The position numbers and the translations under genes were made by a program. This document shows, piece by piece, positions 55,945 through 64,000 of a stretch of 64,000 nucleotides of DNA (position 1 is its first letter; every line of letters begins with the position of its first letter). Origin of the DNA: Chrysomallon squamiferum (lineage: Eukaryota > Animalia > Mollusca); assembly GCA_012295275.1 (NCBI GenBank), contig CM022667.1, positions 4,526,001-4,590,000 on the forward strand, given 5' to 3'. Under the pieces are notes generated by a model, which saw only the letters and a program-made list of their open reading frames with translations, ran no database searches and was not told the origin of the DNA.

Positions 55945-56062
55945 AAAGTAAAACGAGGCGCTTAAAATGTTCGCAGTGGTCAACGTTTCAAGCACATAAT
56001 TTTATTTCCGAAATTGCTTTTGCAGACATTTTTTTTTTTTTTTTTTTTTTTTCCCCCCGATA
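55945..56062 (+). repeat. Dispersed direct repeat, copy 2
   Basis: Matches 53507-53632 apart from a couple of substitutions and poly(T) length. Confidence 0.9.
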
Positions 56063-57312
56063 TTTTTATAACACTAATAACTGATTTTTTTTTAAATTAA
56101 TTAATTAATTTTTTTTAACTTTAATGGGAATCGTAGAGGGATGAAGTCACTTCTCACGGAAACGTAAACGCACCCGTTATTTATACGCAGCATTTTAATA
56201 GAGATTCATTGTTAGAAAATGATGGAAATTCATGTATGTTACGTTTTCAGATTTTACGTAAAATTTGTGCAGCCGTAATGCCACTGAAGTTTGAGCGCTT
56301 AGGCCTATAAAATCAGAATGTTTTCGCAGCGTCCGATTTAAAATACTCTTCTTCTTAGATGTCGTATGCGCCGATTTGAACGACTGGTGATCCATAGAGT
56401 TAGTTCCACTGCAACTAGTGTCCCAAGACTAAAAACTGTTCTGATTAGGTATCGTTTAGTCGCAAAATCGCAGTAACAGTTTTCTTTACGGATATTTTTC
56501 CATAATAAAAATTTCAACGATTAACTAATTAATCTCAAATAAGTGAGCAAATTAACACTAAAACGAGAGGCCATAAATAATCATAAATTAATTGCACGTG
56601 ATTAGTGAATTTTGAAAGATTAGTAATTCTTTGATGTGTTTCGTGTTAAAATACAAGAGAAAATAAAAATTCAGTCATTTCACAAATTTCGGCTGCAGCT
56701 ATATGTGTATAGAAACATACTATTACTACTACTACCACTACCACTACTAATACTACTATACTACTACTACTACTACTAATAAAATAACAACATCATTAAT
56801 AGTAGCAGGACTATTATAGTAACAACAACAACAACGTTTCAATACCAAGGGAGATAATGACCCCGACTGAGTTAAGCAAATAACATCAGAGTTAATACTT
56901 TAAAAAAATTCTGTAGCATAAAAATAAATAAATGATAAATAATAATGATAAATAAATAAATAATTACACAGAGTGTTTGTTGAATTATCATTCGAAATTA
57001 TAACAAAAATTGTTCTAAAAATCAGTCTCTTTTATTGGTAAACAAAAGTACAGAAATTAAAAAGATTTTGGATTACATAGTAATAGATGTTGTATTAGAT
57101 TCATTAGTGTCAATATCATTTTTAATCATACCCATGAAATTTTTTTTACCTTTTGTTTATTTATTTATTTAATGAGTTAGTTGGTTAATTTATTTATTTT
57201 ATGTATGTTTTTTTTCTTTCTTTCTTTTTTTTTTTTTTTTTTAGAGTGGGGGTAATGTTAAAATATATATTTTTTAATATATAGGCACGGATTTCTAGCA
57301 CCTGCAAATAAA

Positions 57313-57342
57313 TGACGTCAAAGAGTAGTGAAACTGACGTCA
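57313..57342. promoter_or_regulatory. Two perfect CRE palindromes (TGACGTCA) upstream of HYDIN
   Basis: TGACGTCA at 57313-57320 and 57335-57342, 120-150 nt before the putative ATG. Confidence 0.55.
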
Positions 57343-57462
57343 TTTTAAATCGTCTGCTTTTGGTTCACGTTATTGTAACATTACGTTTATTTTAACATGT
57401 GTAAAATCATACTTTTATTTGATATAATTTTATAAAGAAAAAGTTTCTTTTTCCCCTCGGAT

Positions 57463-64000
<6,538 letters not shown>

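Overview
Very AT-rich, microsatellite-laden animal genomic DNA with GT-AG spliceosomal introns. It is probably a mollusc: a degenerate SINE resembles one I recall from gastropods, but this is low confidence. Five protein-coding genes can be reconstructed by hand. (1) Dynein light chain roadblock, DYNLRB (+, 7296-9124). (2) A MATCAP/KIAA0895-family tubulin tyrosine carboxypeptidase (-, 14953-12496) that, as assembled, has a 2-nt frameshift just upstream of its HExxxH zinc motif. (3) TFIIIC subunit GTF3C6 (+, 15824-18463), head-to-head with MATCAP. (4) An intron-free extended-SDR NAD-dependent nucleotide-sugar enzyme (+, 44379-45392) that closely resembles the bacterial capsule enzyme Cj1427 (GDP-heptose C4 dehydrogenase) and lies after about 26 kb with no recognisable coding exons. 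(5) The 5' part of a divergent HYDIN (+, 57463 to the window end). Also present: a pogo-like DNA transposon deletion derivative with TIRs, SINE and MITE remnants, a 3-kb strand-biased compound minisatellite and many smaller tandem repeats. Most ORFs in the supplied track are simple-repeat artefacts. The most interesting candidate is the bacterial-type GDP-sugar dehydrogenase in a spliced animal gene. Family comparisons are from memory; no searches were run.
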